Shown here piece by piece: positions 51,263-61,574 of a stretch of DNA of 64,000 nt (position 1 is the first letter of the stretch; each line of letters begins with the position of its first letter). The stretch is from an uncultured Gemmatimonadales bacterium (lineage in GTDB: Bacteria; Gemmatimonadota; Gemmatimonadetes; Gemmatimonadales; Gemmatimonadaceae). A program made the translations under genes and the position numbers. The stretch covers positions 32,001 to 96,000 of the forward strand of contig CAWBZV010000014.1 in assembly GCA_963793305.1 (NCBI GenBank), in the 5' to 3' direction. A model generated the notes under the pieces. It was not told the origin of the DNA and ran no database searches. It worked only from the letters and a program-made list of their open reading frames with translations.

Positions 51263-51883
51263 ATGGAAGACATTCGCTCGTTGAAGGCGATTCAACTCGA
51301 CGCGTTGCGCGAAGTCGCGAACATCGGCGCCGGCCATGCGGCCACCGCCCTGTCGCAGATGACCGGCAACACGATCATGATCAGCGTGCCGACGATCAAT
51401 ATCGCGCGGCTCGAGGACGTGCCACCGCAGATCTCCGGCCCGGAAGAGCCGGTGGCCGCGGTGCTCATGAACATGCTCGGCGACCTCACCGGTCGCACGT
51501 TGTTGGTCTTTCCCCGACCAACGGCGCTCCGGCTGTCCGACCTGATGCTCAATCGACCCGGGAACAACGGCGGCGATCTCGGGGAGTTGGAGCAATCGGC
51601 GATTAAAGAGTGCGGCAACATCCTGAGCGGCGCGTACATGAACGCCCTGAGCGATTTTATGGGCCTCATGCTGCTGCCGTCGCCGCCCAGCCTGGCCGTG
51701 GACATGTCCAGTGCGGTGCTGACGACGGCGTATCTGCAGTTCGGAACCGATCGCGACTACGTGTTCTGCGTCGAGAGCGAATTCCACATGCAGGACTTCA
51801 ACGAACGGCTGCGCGGGTTCTTCCTCCTCCTGCCGGACGTGGCCTCGCTGCATGCCATTCTGCGCGCCGTCAAGGTCGCGTAG
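51263..51883 (+). CDS. cheC: CheY-P phosphatase CheC
   Basis: DALREVANIG and SAIKECGNIL (two ExxN sites). Confidence 0.93.
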   Translation: MEDIRSLKAIQLDALREVANIGAGHAATALSQMTGNTIMISVPTINIARLEDVPPQISGPEEPVAAVLMNMLGDLTGRTLLVFPRPTALRLSDLMLNRPGNNGGDLGELEQSAIKECGNILSGAYMNALSDFMGLMLLPSPPSLAVDMSSAVLTTAYLQFGTDRDYVFCVESEFHMQDFNERLRGFFLLLPDVASLHAILRAVKVA

Positions 51884-51891
51884 GCGCGGGT

Positions 51892-54585
51892 ATGGACGTG
51901 GGCGCGCCCCCACTGATGTCCGAGCGGGACCGCGAGGTCCTGCGCTCGTTCGCGCGCCGCATTGATCCCTCGGACGCCGGGGCCCACAACAACCTCGGCG
52001 TTCTCTACTATCACAAAGGCTTGCACGAGGAGGCCGTCGAGGCCTTCACGCGCGCCCTCGAGCTCGACGGGAAAATGCAGGTTGCCCAGCGCAATCTGGA
52101 GATCGCGTACTTCTCGACCGGATACTACGAGCGCCGGGTCGGCGAGCTCCGCGAGCGCCTGCGCGTCACGCCCGCGGACCGCGAGGCGCGGTGGGAGCTG
52201 GGGCGCGCGTATGCGCTGCTCGGCCGCTCGAGCGAGGCGGTCAACGAATTCAACGAGTTGCTGCGCTACCATCCTGACGATCTCGGGGCAGTCGTCCAAC
52301 TCGGACTGGCCGAGAAAGCCTCGGGCGACCTCGAAACGGCGCAACAGTGGTTTGAACGGGCTCGGGACCTCGATCCGGCGAGCTCGGTCATCCATTTCTA
52401 CGTCGGCGAGGTCCTCTACAACCGCGGGCTGAACGACGAAGCCCTGGCGGCGCTCAACAAGGCCATCGAGCGGAATCCCGATAACCCGGACGCCCACTAT
52501 TTGATGGGCTTCGTGCTCGGCGACATGGGCCGACACGACGAGGCGCGCGAGGCGACGAAGCGGGCCATTCGCTTGAACCCGACGCTGTCACGGGCCCAGG
52601 CGAATCTGACACTGGACGGCGGTCCCCGCCGCATCTCGGCGCCGATGGCGGTCGCCGAAGAGGGTCAGCTCGCGCACTATAATTTGGGCTTGGCGTTCCG
52701 GCAGAAGGGGTACTATGTCGAGGCGCTGCGAGAGTACCAGCTGGCGCTCGACCGCGGCGAGGACGCGCCGCTCGTTCAGCAGGCGATGGCGGAAGTCCAC
52801 CTGCTGCGCAAGGACGTCGCGGCGGCGGTCGCCACCTACGACCAGCTGCTGAACCTCCAGCCCGAGAGCCCGAAGCTGTGGAACGAGCGCGGCGTCGCGC
52901 TCCATCAGCACGGGAAGTACACCGAGGCGGCCGAGTGCTATCAAAAAGCGCTCGACGCGGATCCGCGCTACGCGCTGGCCGCGAACAACCTCGGCGTCGC
53001 CCGGTTCCACGGTGGCGAGAACGAGGGGGCCGTCACGGCGTTCGAGACCGCGCTCGACATCGCCCCCACGTTCGTCAAAGCGCGCCTGAATTTCGCGCTG
53101 CTGCTAATGAAGGGGAAGCGCCTGCAGCAGAGTCTCGAAGCCTACCGTCAGGTGCTCCTCCACGCGCCCGAGAACGCCGTCGCCTGGAACGGCGTGGGCC
53201 TGGTGCTCACCGAGTTGCGCAAGTTCGAGGACGCGCGCAATGCCTTTGCGCGGGCGACGCAAAGCCGGCCGAATTACGCCGAGGCGCACTATAACCTGAG
53301 CTTTGCGCTGTCCAATCTCGGCGACTTCGACAGTGCGCTGCGCGAGACGAAGCGGGCCCTGGAGCTCGATCCGTATTACGTGCCGCAGAAGTTCGAGCTG
53401 ACCATCGATCTCCAGTATGAGGATCCGGATCTCTCGATCGTTCCGGATTTGGGGGGAGCACGACAGACCTCGGCACCCATTGAAGAGTTCGCGTTCGATG
53501 CCACCGTGTTGGATTCGCTGTTCACGGAGCTGACGCCACCGGCCGCTGCATTGGCGATGGCCACCGAGGCGCCGTTGGCGAACCCTTACGCGATGGCGGC
53601 CGACTATCTGTCGAAGGGTCTCTATGATAGGGCCACGGCCGAGGTGAGCCGGGCCTTGCTGAGAGGGGGAGATCGGGCCGACGGCATGGCGCTGCTCGGC
53701 GATGTCTTCGTGCATCAAGGACTGCATGGCGAAGCGCTGGAGCGTTACCGGGACGCACGCCGGGTGCAGGGTGTGCATTTGCGGGCCATGATGGGCGAGG
53801 TCAAAGCGCTCCTCGCCTTAGGCCGGACCAAAGATGCCCGACCGGTTGCCGAAGACCTGCTCGGAGCGGCGCCCGAAGATGTCGATACGCTTCTCCTGGC
53901 GGCGACGGCCAGAGCAGCGACCGGAGATCTGGACGCCGCGCTCGCCGCGCTGGCCCTCGCCAGACGGGCCGCCCCGCAACGAGCCGACGTCGCGCAGAAA
54001 ATCGGCGACGTGCGAAAAGTCGCCGGAGACCGAAGCGGCGCCAGAGCGTCGTACTATGAGGCGCTGGCACTCGACGGAGACCTGGCGGTCGTCCGGTTCG
54101 AGCTGGCGAGGTTGCTCGTGGGCGACGGCCATGAGACCGACGCCGAGGCCGAGCTGCTGGCGGCGTTGGACGCGGTGCCGACCTATGTCGACGCCTCGCT
54201 GGAGCTGGCGCAGCTCTGGCGTCGGACGGGGAAAAAGGAAGCCGCCATGCGGGTCGTCATCGAGTTGTTGGAACGCGATATGACGCTGACGCCGGCGCTC
54301 CTGGCGTTGGGCGAGCTCTTGTTCGAGCTGGGGCGACGAAAGGACGCGGCGTTGGCGTTCGCGCGGTTGCGGCGCATGGAACCCGCGCACCCGGCCGCGC
54401 TCTACTACGAGGGGGCGTTGTTCGCCGAGCAGCACCGATTCCGGGAAGCCATCGAGCGCTGGGAGAAAGTCGTGGAGATCGAACCGGATGGCCCGTACGG
54501 CCGGCGCGCGCGTCGCGACGGGCGCACCGCCGCGGACCTGGCCAAGATCTTCACCAACGGCGCGCGCGCCAACGGGAGGCATTAG
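51892..54585 (+). CDS. large TPR-repeat protein
   Basis: Many canonical TPRs (AHNNLG, AHYLMG, AHYNL); about 897 aa. Confidence 0.9.
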   Translation: MDVGAPPLMSERDREVLRSFARRIDPSDAGAHNNLGVLYYHKGLHEEAVEAFTRALELDGKMQVAQRNLEIAYFSTGYYERRVGELRERLRVTPADREARWELGRAYALLGRSSEAVNEFNELLRYHPDDLGAVVQLGLAEKASGDLETAQQWFERARDLDPASSVIHFYVGEVLYNRGLNDEALAALNKAIERNPDNPDAHYLMGFVLGDMGRHDEAREATKRAIRLNPTLSRAQANLTLDGGPRRISAPMAVAEEGQLAHYNLGLAFRQKGYYVEALREYQLALDRGEDAPLVQQAMAEVHLLRKDVAAAVATYDQLLNLQPESPKLWNERGVALHQHGKYTEAAECYQKALDADPRYALAANNLGVARFHGGENEGAVTAFETALDIAPTFVKARLNFALLLMKGKRLQQSLEAYRQVLLHAPENAVAWNGVGLVLTELRKFEDARNAFARATQSRPNYAEAHYNLSFALSNLGDFDSALRETKRALELDPYYVPQKFELTIDLQYEDPDLSIVPDLGGARQTSAPIEEFAFDATVLDSLFTELTPPAAALAMATEAPLANPYAMAADYLSKGLYDRATAEVSRALLRGGDRADGMALLGDVFVHQGLHGEALERYRDARRVQGVHLRAMMGEVKALLALGRTKDARPVAEDLLGAAPEDVDTLLLAATARAATGDLDAALAALALARRAAPQRADVAQKIGDVRKVAGDRSGARASYYEALALDGDLAVVRFELARLLVGDGHETDAEAELLAALDAVPTYVDASLELAQLWRRTGKKEAAMRVVIELLERDMTLTPALLALGELLFELGRRKDAALAFARLRRMEPAHPAALYYEGALFAEQHRFREAIERWEKVVEIEPDGPYGRRARRDGRTAADLAKIFTNGARANGRH

Positions 54586-54588
54586 GCC

Positions 54589-55741
54589 ATGGCGATCGAA
54601 GGACCGCTGCGCGAGCTGAGCATACACGATGTCTTCCAGCTGCTGGATCTGAGCCGGAAGACCGGCGCGTTGCGCGTCACGTCGGTGCTCCGCGACAACG
54701 AAGGCACGGTGCTGTTCGATCGCGGCCGCGTCATCTCGGCCAGCATCCGGTCGAGCCCGAACCCGCTCGGCGCGGTCCTCGTCCGGGCCGGCCGCATCAC
54801 CGAGCGCGATCTGGAGCGCGCCCGGAAGGTGCAGCAGGAGAATGGCGCGACGAAGCGATTGGGCGAGATCCTGCTCCAGATCGGAGCGATCTCGGCCCGC
54901 GAGCTGGAGCGCCAGGTGCGTTTACAGATCGAGACGGTCGTGTTCGAGCTCATGTCGTGGCGCGAAGGGTTCTTCTCGTTCGAGGAGCGCGATGTCGGCC
55001 ATGCGCAACTCGAGGCGGCGGTCCACGTGTCGACCGAGTCGCTCCTCATGGAGGGGGCGCGCCGCATCGACGAGTGGAGCCGGATCGCCGACAAGGTGCC
55101 GCACCTGGGCGTGATCCCGATCCTCGCGGCGGTGAACGAGTTGCACGCGACGCAGCTCGATCTGCTGCCGAACGAGTGGGAAGTGTTGGCGATCATCGAC
55201 GGTGCGAACGACCTGCACGGCATCGCGGCCGCGCTCGGCCGGTCCGAGTTCGAACGTCGCGAAAGTCGTGTACGGCTTGCTCACGACCGGCGTGGTGGAG
55301 CTGCGCGGCGGCAGGGGCACGCCCGTCGCGGTGCAGGCGACCGCGGCGCCCGACCCGGCGCGGTACCTGACGCTCGCGGAGGCGGCGCTGGCCGACGGGC
55401 TGTACGACGAAGCGCTCAATTCGGCGCGCTCGGCGATCGCCGCCGATCCGCGCGCGCCCGCGGCGCGCCTCATGGCGGCGCGAGCCTTGCGAAAGCTCAA
55501 GCGGCATGCGGAAGCGGCCGACGAGTTGCGTCGGGCGGCCGAGGCCGACCCGAAGCATCCGCATATCCAGCTGGAGCTCGGACTGGCGGCGCTCTGTCAG
55601 GGCGATTTCCGCGGCGCCGTGCACATCTGGCGGCAATACCTGGAGGCCGCCCCCGAGGAGGCCGAAGCGACCGAAGTCCGCGAAGCCGTCGATTCGGCTG
55701 CGCGACTCGATCGATTTGTCGAGAGCTATGTCGGTGTCTGA
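54589..55741 (+). CDS. DUF4388-like + TPR protein (one +1 frameshift at ~55254)
   Basis: AIEGPLRELSIHDVFQLL..KTGAL, RLGEIL, WREGFFSF, LLMEGARRIDEW; corrected SEFDVAK matches paralog SEFDVGK. Confidence 0.85.
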
Positions 55742-56645
55742 CGATATCCGCCGTTGGAGCGATGAGCTGGCGCGCAGTCCCGCCAGCATGGTCTTCTTGC
55801 CTTTGGGCGAGGCCCTGCGCACGCGCGGGCAGATCGACGTCGCGCTGCGCGTCGCGTTGCGCGGGCTCGAGCGCCATCCGTACGACGCCGACGCGCACGA
55901 CCTGCTCGCGCGCATCTACGCCGATCGCGGCGAGACCGAGCGGGCGCTCGACGAATGGGATGCGGCCATCCGCTGTACGCCCGGGCACGCTGGCGCCCTC
56001 AAGGGCATGGGCTTCGTCTGCTTCAACCAGGGCCGCATCGTGGACGCCGAGCGGTATCTCGCCGAGGCAGCAGCCGCGAGTCCGGAAGACGACGGGCTCG
56101 CGATGGCGCTCGAGCGCGTCCGCGCTGCGGCTACTCCGCCTGACCCTGAGCCCGTGGCTGCACCGGCGCCCGAGCCGGAACCCGAACCCACACCTGTCGC
56201 CAACGGCAACGGCCACGGCCCGACGAATGGCGACGTGCGGGCCGAGCCAACGCTCGCCGAAGGCGACGCGCACTTTGGCGATCCACGACAGCTCTTTGCT
56301 GATCTCATTGGCGTGGCGGACCAAGCCGCGCTGCTGCTGGATGAGGACGGCCTGGTGATGGCGGGCCAGTACGTGGTCTCCGATGGCATGGACGTCGGAG
56401 CCGAAGTGGGCGCTGCCCTGAGCGGCATCAGCGACGAGGCGAGGCGCGCCATGCGGCATCTCCCGCTCGGCGACTGGCGCACGATCATCTTCGAGACGCC
56501 CGCCGCAACCGTCGTGATGACACCGGCCCCGCAGGATGGCCTGGTGCTCGTCGCGGCCGCGCCCGAAGTGCCGTCAGGCCTCGTGCGTCGCGCCCTCGAG
56601 AGCGTATCCCAGCGCGCGAAACGCTGGATGGAGCAGCTCTCATGA
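55728..56645 (+). CDS. TPR + roadblock/LC7 domain protein
   Basis: N-terminal TPRs, PEP linker, C-terminal ALLLDEDGLVMAG roadblock-like domain. Confidence 0.8.
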   Translation: MSVSDDIRRWSDELARSPASMVFLPLGEALRTRGQIDVALRVALRGLERHPYDADAHDLLARIYADRGETERALDEWDAAIRCTPGHAGALKGMGFVCFNQGRIVDAERYLAEAAAASPEDDGLAMALERVRAAATPPDPEPVAAPAPEPEPEPTPVANGNGHGPTNGDVRAEPTLAEGDAHFGDPRQLFADLIGVADQAALLLDEDGLVMAGQYVVSDGMDVGAEVGAALSGISDEARRAMRHLPLGDWRTIIFETPAATVVMTPAPQDGLVLVAAAPEVPSGLVRRALESVSQRAKRWMEQLS

Positions 56646-56998
56646 GCTCGAGCTCGCCGTTCATTCCCTCGCTCGAACACCTGACACGCCAGCGCGGCGT
56701 GCTCGGCAGCCTCGTGGTGAGCGAGACCGATGGCATCGTCATCGATGCCGTGGTACAACCGAGCGTCAAGGCACCAGTCGTCGCGGCGCTCGCCGCGTCG
56801 CTCTATCGGCGCGCCCGGCAGTCGGCGCACGCCGCGGGACTCGGGGGTGTGAGGTACTTGGAGCTGGTGGCCGACGGCGGCCGGCTCTGTATGGCCGGGC
56901 GCGATGATCTCGTGGTCGTCCTGGTGACCGATACCCGCGTCGGGGTGGGACTGCTGCGCGTCGAGTTACTTCGAACCGCCGCGGAGTTGCCCGAGTGA
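56642..56998 (+). CDS. roadblock/LC7 domain protein
   Basis: GVLGSLVVSETDGIVI, VAALAA, GLLR. Confidence 0.85.
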   Translation: MSSSSPFIPSLEHLTRQRGVLGSLVVSETDGIVIDAVVQPSVKAPVVAALAASLYRRARQSAHAAGLGGVRYLELVADGGRLCMAGRDDLVVVLVTDTRVGVGLLRVELLRTAAELPE

Positions 56999-57465
56999 GC
57001 CTCGCCGTCGTCGAGCGCTGGGTCGAGGCGCCGCTCAGGCGATTCGTCGAGGACGCGCAAGCCGTGCTCGCGCTCTTGCTGACGCCCAGTGGTCAGGTGC
57101 TGGCCCAGCACGGGTTCACGCGCGCGGTCGACGTCATGTCGGCGTGCGCGCTGGCGGCGGCCATCCATGCATCGTCGACCGAGCTCGGACGACAGTTGCA
57201 GGGCCGGCCCTTCGCGGGCCTGCATCACGCGGGCCGCCGGCGGCAGCTCTTCCTGGCGCGCGCGGATACCCCGCGCGGGCCGTACGTGTTCTTGACCGTG
57301 TTCGACCAGGCGAGCTCGCTCGGCCTGGTGCAACTCTACTACGATGAGTTCACGGCGCGCTTGGGCGATGCCGCGCCACCGAAATCGAATGATACGACCG
57401 AGATCCTGGCGGAGAACTTCGAGTCGGAGTTGGATCGCAACCTGAAGCTCTTGTTTAGCCGATAA
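56995..57465 (+). CDS. mglB: MglB-like roadblock protein (putative MglA GAP)
   Basis: LLTPSGQVLAQHG, ACALAA, VFDQASSLGLV, acidic C-terminal helix; directly upstream of mglA. Confidence 0.78.
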   Translation: MSLAVVERWVEAPLRRFVEDAQAVLALLLTPSGQVLAQHGFTRAVDVMSACALAAAIHASSTELGRQLQGRPFAGLHHAGRRRQLFLARADTPRGPYVFLTVFDQASSLGLVQLYYDEFTARLGDAAPPKSNDTTEILAENFESELDRNLKLLFSR

Positions 57466-58070
57466 TGTCGCTCGTCAACTATTCCACCCGCGAGATCACG
57501 TGCAAGATCGTCTACTACGGCCCAGGGCGGTCGGGGAAGACGTTGAATTTGCACTACATCTACGGGCAGGTGCCGAGCGATCGCAAAGGCAAGATGGTCT
57601 CGTTGGCGACCCAAACCGACCGCACCCTGTTCTTCGATTTCCTGCCATTGGACCTGGGCTCGATCTCCGGGTTCACCACCAAGATCCAGCTCTATACGGT
57701 CCCTGGGCAGATCTACTATCAGACCACCCGCCGGCTCGTGCTCCAGGGCGCCGATGGCGTCGTCTTCGTCGCCGACAGCCAGAGTCGGCAACTGGAAGAG
57801 AACATCGAGAGCTTGCAGGACCTGCACGCGAATCTGGAAGAACAAGGGGTCGACCCCCGCGGCGTTCCGCTGGTGCTGCAGTACAACAAGCAGGACTTGC
57901 CGCGCGATCTGATTCTGGACGAAGCCACGCTCGATGACGCGCTGAACTTCAGGGGCGTTCCCCATTTTGCCGCCGATGCGCTGCATGGCGCCGGCGTATT
58001 CGAAACCCTCCGTGGCATCTCGGAGCTGGTGCTCAAGCGATTGAGCTCGCCCAACGGGGCGCGACGCTGA
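57465..58070 (+). CDS. mglA: Ras-like GTPase MglA
   Basis: REITCKIVYYGPGRSGKT, TDRTLFFDFLPL, YTVPGQ, QYNKQDL. Confidence 0.95.
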   Translation: MSLVNYSTREITCKIVYYGPGRSGKTLNLHYIYGQVPSDRKGKMVSLATQTDRTLFFDFLPLDLGSISGFTTKIQLYTVPGQIYYQTTRRLVLQGADGVVFVADSQSRQLEENIESLQDLHANLEEQGVDPRGVPLVLQYNKQDLPRDLILDEATLDDALNFRGVPHFAADALHGAGVFETLRGISELVLKRLSSPNGARR

Positions 58071-58071
58071 A

Positions 58072-59956
58072 ATGGCGAACAATCGCTATCGGTTCGACAA
58101 CTTCATCGTCGGCTCGGCCAATCGCTTAGCCGTGGCGGCCGCGCGCGCGGTCGCCGAGTCGCCCGGGAGTGCCTACAACCCCCTGTTCATCTATGCCGGA
58201 TCAGGGCTCGGCAAGACGCATCTCATGGGCGCGATCGCCCATCACGCCGCGTCAGTCCAACCGGCACTTAAACTCGATTACCTGTCGCTCGACGAGTTCG
58301 TGCGCCAGTTGCATGCGGCGGTATCGATAGGACAGGCCGAGAATTTTCGGCAACGATATCAGCATGTCGACCTGCTGCTCCTCGATGACGTGCAGTTTTT
58401 GACCGGACGCCGAGAGACGCAGAGCGAGATGCTGCGCCTGTTCAACGCCCTGCAGGGCGCCGGCCGCCAGATCGTCATGACGAGCGACCGGCCGCCGTCC
58501 GACATCGCCGATGTCGACGAACGGCTGCTCAACCGGCTGGCGGGTGGCCTCATTGTCGACATCGGCGCGCCCGACTACGAGACGCGGGTCGCGATCCTCA
58601 GGAGCAAATGCGAGGAGCGCGAGGTGCGATTCGCGACCGGCGTCATCGAAGCGCTGGCCAAGATGACGTTCGGGAATGTCCGTGAGCTGCAAGGCGCGCT
58701 CAATCGCCTGATCGCCCATCAGACGCTGGAGGAAGGCGATCTCACCGCCGACGATGTCGCGATGCTGCTCGGTGGCACGACCGCGACCCGGAGCACCGTC
58801 GAACGCGATAACAGCGGCGAATACCTGGCCTTTCTCACTGGCGTGCAGCGCGTCGTCTCCGAGAACGCGTGGCGGGTCCGGCTCGGCGAAGGCATCGCGT
58901 ACTGGCGCGGCGAAGGCTACCGCACGGGTCCACTCGATCGGCTCTTCGAGGGGCGTGTCGAGCCGGACGTTCGAGCGCGTCCTCACGGACTTCTCGACAT
59001 TGATCGACCGGTTGCGGGCACTGGAGGCCGAAGCGACCACCGTCGACGCATCGCTCGGCGGCGCTGATGTGTTCCGCGATCCGGATCGCCTGTCTCAGGC
59101 CGAGGCGCTGGTGGTGAAGGCGCAAGCGGGCGAGGTCGCACCGGACGGGCCGTCGCCCGCGTTTACGCGTGACGAGTACGAGGTCGGCGCCGCGAACCAG
59201 CTCGCGGTGCGCGCGGCCGATGCCATCATCGCCGATCCCGGGCGGCGCTACAACCCCTACTTCATCCATGGGCCGAGTGGCGTCGGCAAGACCCACTTGA
59301 TGCACGCGATCGGGAATGGGATTGCGGGATCGACGTGCCTCGGGGCGCAGCAGTTCGTGGACAGCCTGATCGCTGCGCTGCAAGAAGGCACGGTCGAACG
59401 CTGGCGTGCCCGGTTCCGCGCTGCCGGCGCATTGCTCATCGATGACGTGCACTTTCTCGCCGGCAAAGAGCGGACGCAAGAAGAATTGTTTCACGTGTTC
59501 AACGACATGTACGACCAAGGCAAACAAGTCGTGCTGTCGAGCGACCGTCCGCCGAAAGAATTGGAGGACCTGGAAGAGCGTTTGCGATCCCGGTTCGAGG
59601 GCGGATTGGTCGTCGCCATTCAGCCGCCCGATCGTGGCCTCCGTGAGAAGTTGTACGCTCGTTTCCTGGCGAGGGCCGATATCGAGCCGGAGCCGGCGCT
59701 CGTCATGTATCTCGCGGACCGCCCCGTGGCGAGCGTGCGAGAGATTGCCGGAACGATTCAGCGGCTCATGGCGACGGCCGAAGTCGCCGGTGCGGCGGTG
59801 TCCCTCGATCTCGCGCAAAACGAGCTCGATGGCCCGGGCTCCGCGCGCGTGCCGGCGCCGAAGGAGATGGCGGTCGACGCGTTCTTCCTCGATGACGAGA
59901 AAGTCATCTGGGACTGGCCGGAGATGAGCGGCCGCGTCATCGAGGAGTGGCGCTAA
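58072..59956 (+). CDS. tandem DnaA/Hda-type AAA+ protein lacking DNA-binding domain IV (one +1 frameshift at ~58971)
   Basis: Two DnaA domain III copies: YNPLFIYAGSGLGKTHL..LLDDVQFL and YNPYFIHGPSGVGKTHL..LIDDVHFL..RLRSRFEGGL; 627 aa after correction. Confidence 0.88.
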
Positions 59957-59957
59957 G

Positions 59958-61574
59958 ATGGCCATCAAAGGCAGCCTCAAAGAGGCCAGTCTGCCGGACG
60001 TGCTCCAGCTGCTTGCCATGGGCAAGAAGACGGGGTGCCTCAGCGTCACGCATCGGAACAACTTCGGCTACATCTACTTCGAGAAAGGGCGCATTGCGTA
60101 TGCGTCCATTGTCAATCGGCGCGACCGCCTCGGCGATCTGCTGATCAAGGCCGGTTTGATCACCCGTGACCAGGTGGACGAAGCGATCGGATCCCAGCCC
60201 GGCTACAAAGACAAGCGTCTCGGCGACATTCTCGTGGCCCAGGGCCTGGTCTCGCGCGACGAGCTGCACGCGCAGATACGGGTGCAGATTCAGGAAGCCG
60301 TCTATTTCCTGTTCACGTGGTCGCAAGGCTCGTTCAACTTCGAGGCGGACATCCGCCCCGAAGAGCTGGACTTTGTGGTGTCGATCAACCCCGAATCCCT
60401 GCTCCTGGAAGGCGCGCGGCGGGTCGACGAGTGGGGATTGATCAGCAAGAAGATTCCGAGCTTCGATCTCGTGTTCGAGATCGATCGCGATCGACTCAAG
60501 CAGAGTGACGTCACGCTCACGCACCAGCAGGAAGTGCTGCTCGATTCCATCGACGGCAAGCACGACGTGACCGCGCTGGTCGATGCGAGCGGACTCAGTG
60601 AATTCGACGTTGGCAAGGCGTTGTTCGCGCTCCTGTCGGCGGGCTTCCTGCATCGCGTGGGGACCAGCAAGGCCGAGCCGATGGTCTCCGACGCGCGCGT
60701 CGAAGAGCACCGGAACCTCGGCATCGCGTTCTACAAAACCGGCATGTTCGAAGAGGCCGTCCGCGAGTTTCGGCGGGTCTCCGAGTGTCGGCCCGCCGAT
60801 CAGGGCGCGCCGTTCTATCTCGGTCTGGTCCTGATGCGCCAGGGGAAATGGCCGGCGGCCGCCGACGTCTACCGCGGCGCCGCGCAGACCCTTGGGGCCA
60901 AGCCGGCGGTGTTTTGCAACCTGGCGTACATCCTGGAGCGTCTCGGTGAGTACGACGAGGCGCGCGCGGCACTCGACGAGGCCGTCAAACGCGGCGCGGG
61001 GAATTTGCCGCAAGTGCGCACCTCGTACGGCGCCCTGGCGCTCCGTGGCGGAGATATCGCGGAGGCGGACGCGGTCCTCTCTGCCGCTCGCCCGCTGTGG
61101 GGCAAGAGGCCACCACCACCCGCGTGGTTCCACTACGCCGGATTGGCGGCGGCGTTGGCGGGAGATCTCGACCGGGCCACGGAGCTCCTGACCGAAGGAA
61201 CGGCGCTGCACCCGCATGCCGCGGCGCTGTTCAATAATCTGGCCGCGGTCGCGGAACGACGCGGGGGCTGGGCCGACGCCGCGATGTTCATTGAGCGCGG
61301 CACGGCCGAGGATCCGGCGTTGCCGCAGCTGCACAAGAACTCAGGCGACTATGCGTACCGCTCGGGACAGTATGACGAAGCGCTCGACGCGTATCAGCGT
61401 GCGACGCGACTCAACCCCGCGCTGGGCGACGATGTCTTCTTCAAGATCGGCAATATTCGCTATCGACGACGCGAGACGGCCGAGGCCGTGAAGTGTTGGG
61501 AACGCGCGCTGGAGCTCGAGCCGGCGAATGCGATCATACGGAGTAATCTGGACGCGGTCCGGCGGGCGGGATGA
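59958..61574 (+). CDS. DUF4388-like + TPR protein
   Basis: AIKGSLKEASLPDVLQLL..KTGCL, RLGDLL/RLGDIL, WSQGSFNF, LLLEGARRVDEW, C-terminal TPRs. Confidence 0.88.
   Translation: MAIKGSLKEASLPDVLQLLAMGKKTGCLSVTHRNNFGYIYFEKGRIAYASIVNRRDRLGDLLIKAGLITRDQVDEAIGSQPGYKDKRLGDILVAQGLVSRDELHAQIRVQIQEAVYFLFTWSQGSFNFEADIRPEELDFVVSINPESLLLEGARRVDEWGLISKKIPSFDLVFEIDRDRLKQSDVTLTHQQEVLLDSIDGKHDVTALVDASGLSEFDVGKALFALLSAGFLHRVGTSKAEPMVSDARVEEHRNLGIAFYKTGMFEEAVREFRRVSECRPADQGAPFYLGLVLMRQGKWPAAADVYRGAAQTLGAKPAVFCNLAYILERLGEYDEARAALDEAVKRGAGNLPQVRTSYGALALRGGDIAEADAVLSAARPLWGKRPPPPAWFHYAGLAAALAGDLDRATELLTEGTALHPHAAALFNNLAAVAERRGGWADAAMFIERGTAEDPALPQLHKNSGDYAYRSGQYDEALDAYQRATRLNPALGDDVFFKIGNIRYRRRETAEAVKCWERALELEPANAIIRSNLDAVRRAG

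Noticed and set aside
49760..51913. Long antisense ORFs (717 aa here; similar ones opposite most genes)
   Set aside because: Shadow ORFs expected in high-GC DNA opposite well-supported genes.
56136..56225. Short tandem repeats (PDPEPVAAPAPEPEPEP, NGNGHG) as a DNA repeat array
   Set aside because: Degenerate codon repeats for a protein linker.
54589..56358. 589-aa ORF as a single real protein
   Set aside because: After ~55255 it reads off-frame Arg-rich sequence; the coding frame shifts and ends at 55741.
58072..59956. Canonical dnaA / replication origin
   Set aside because: No domain I or IV, duplicated ATPase domain, no dnaN and no DnaA-box cluster seen.
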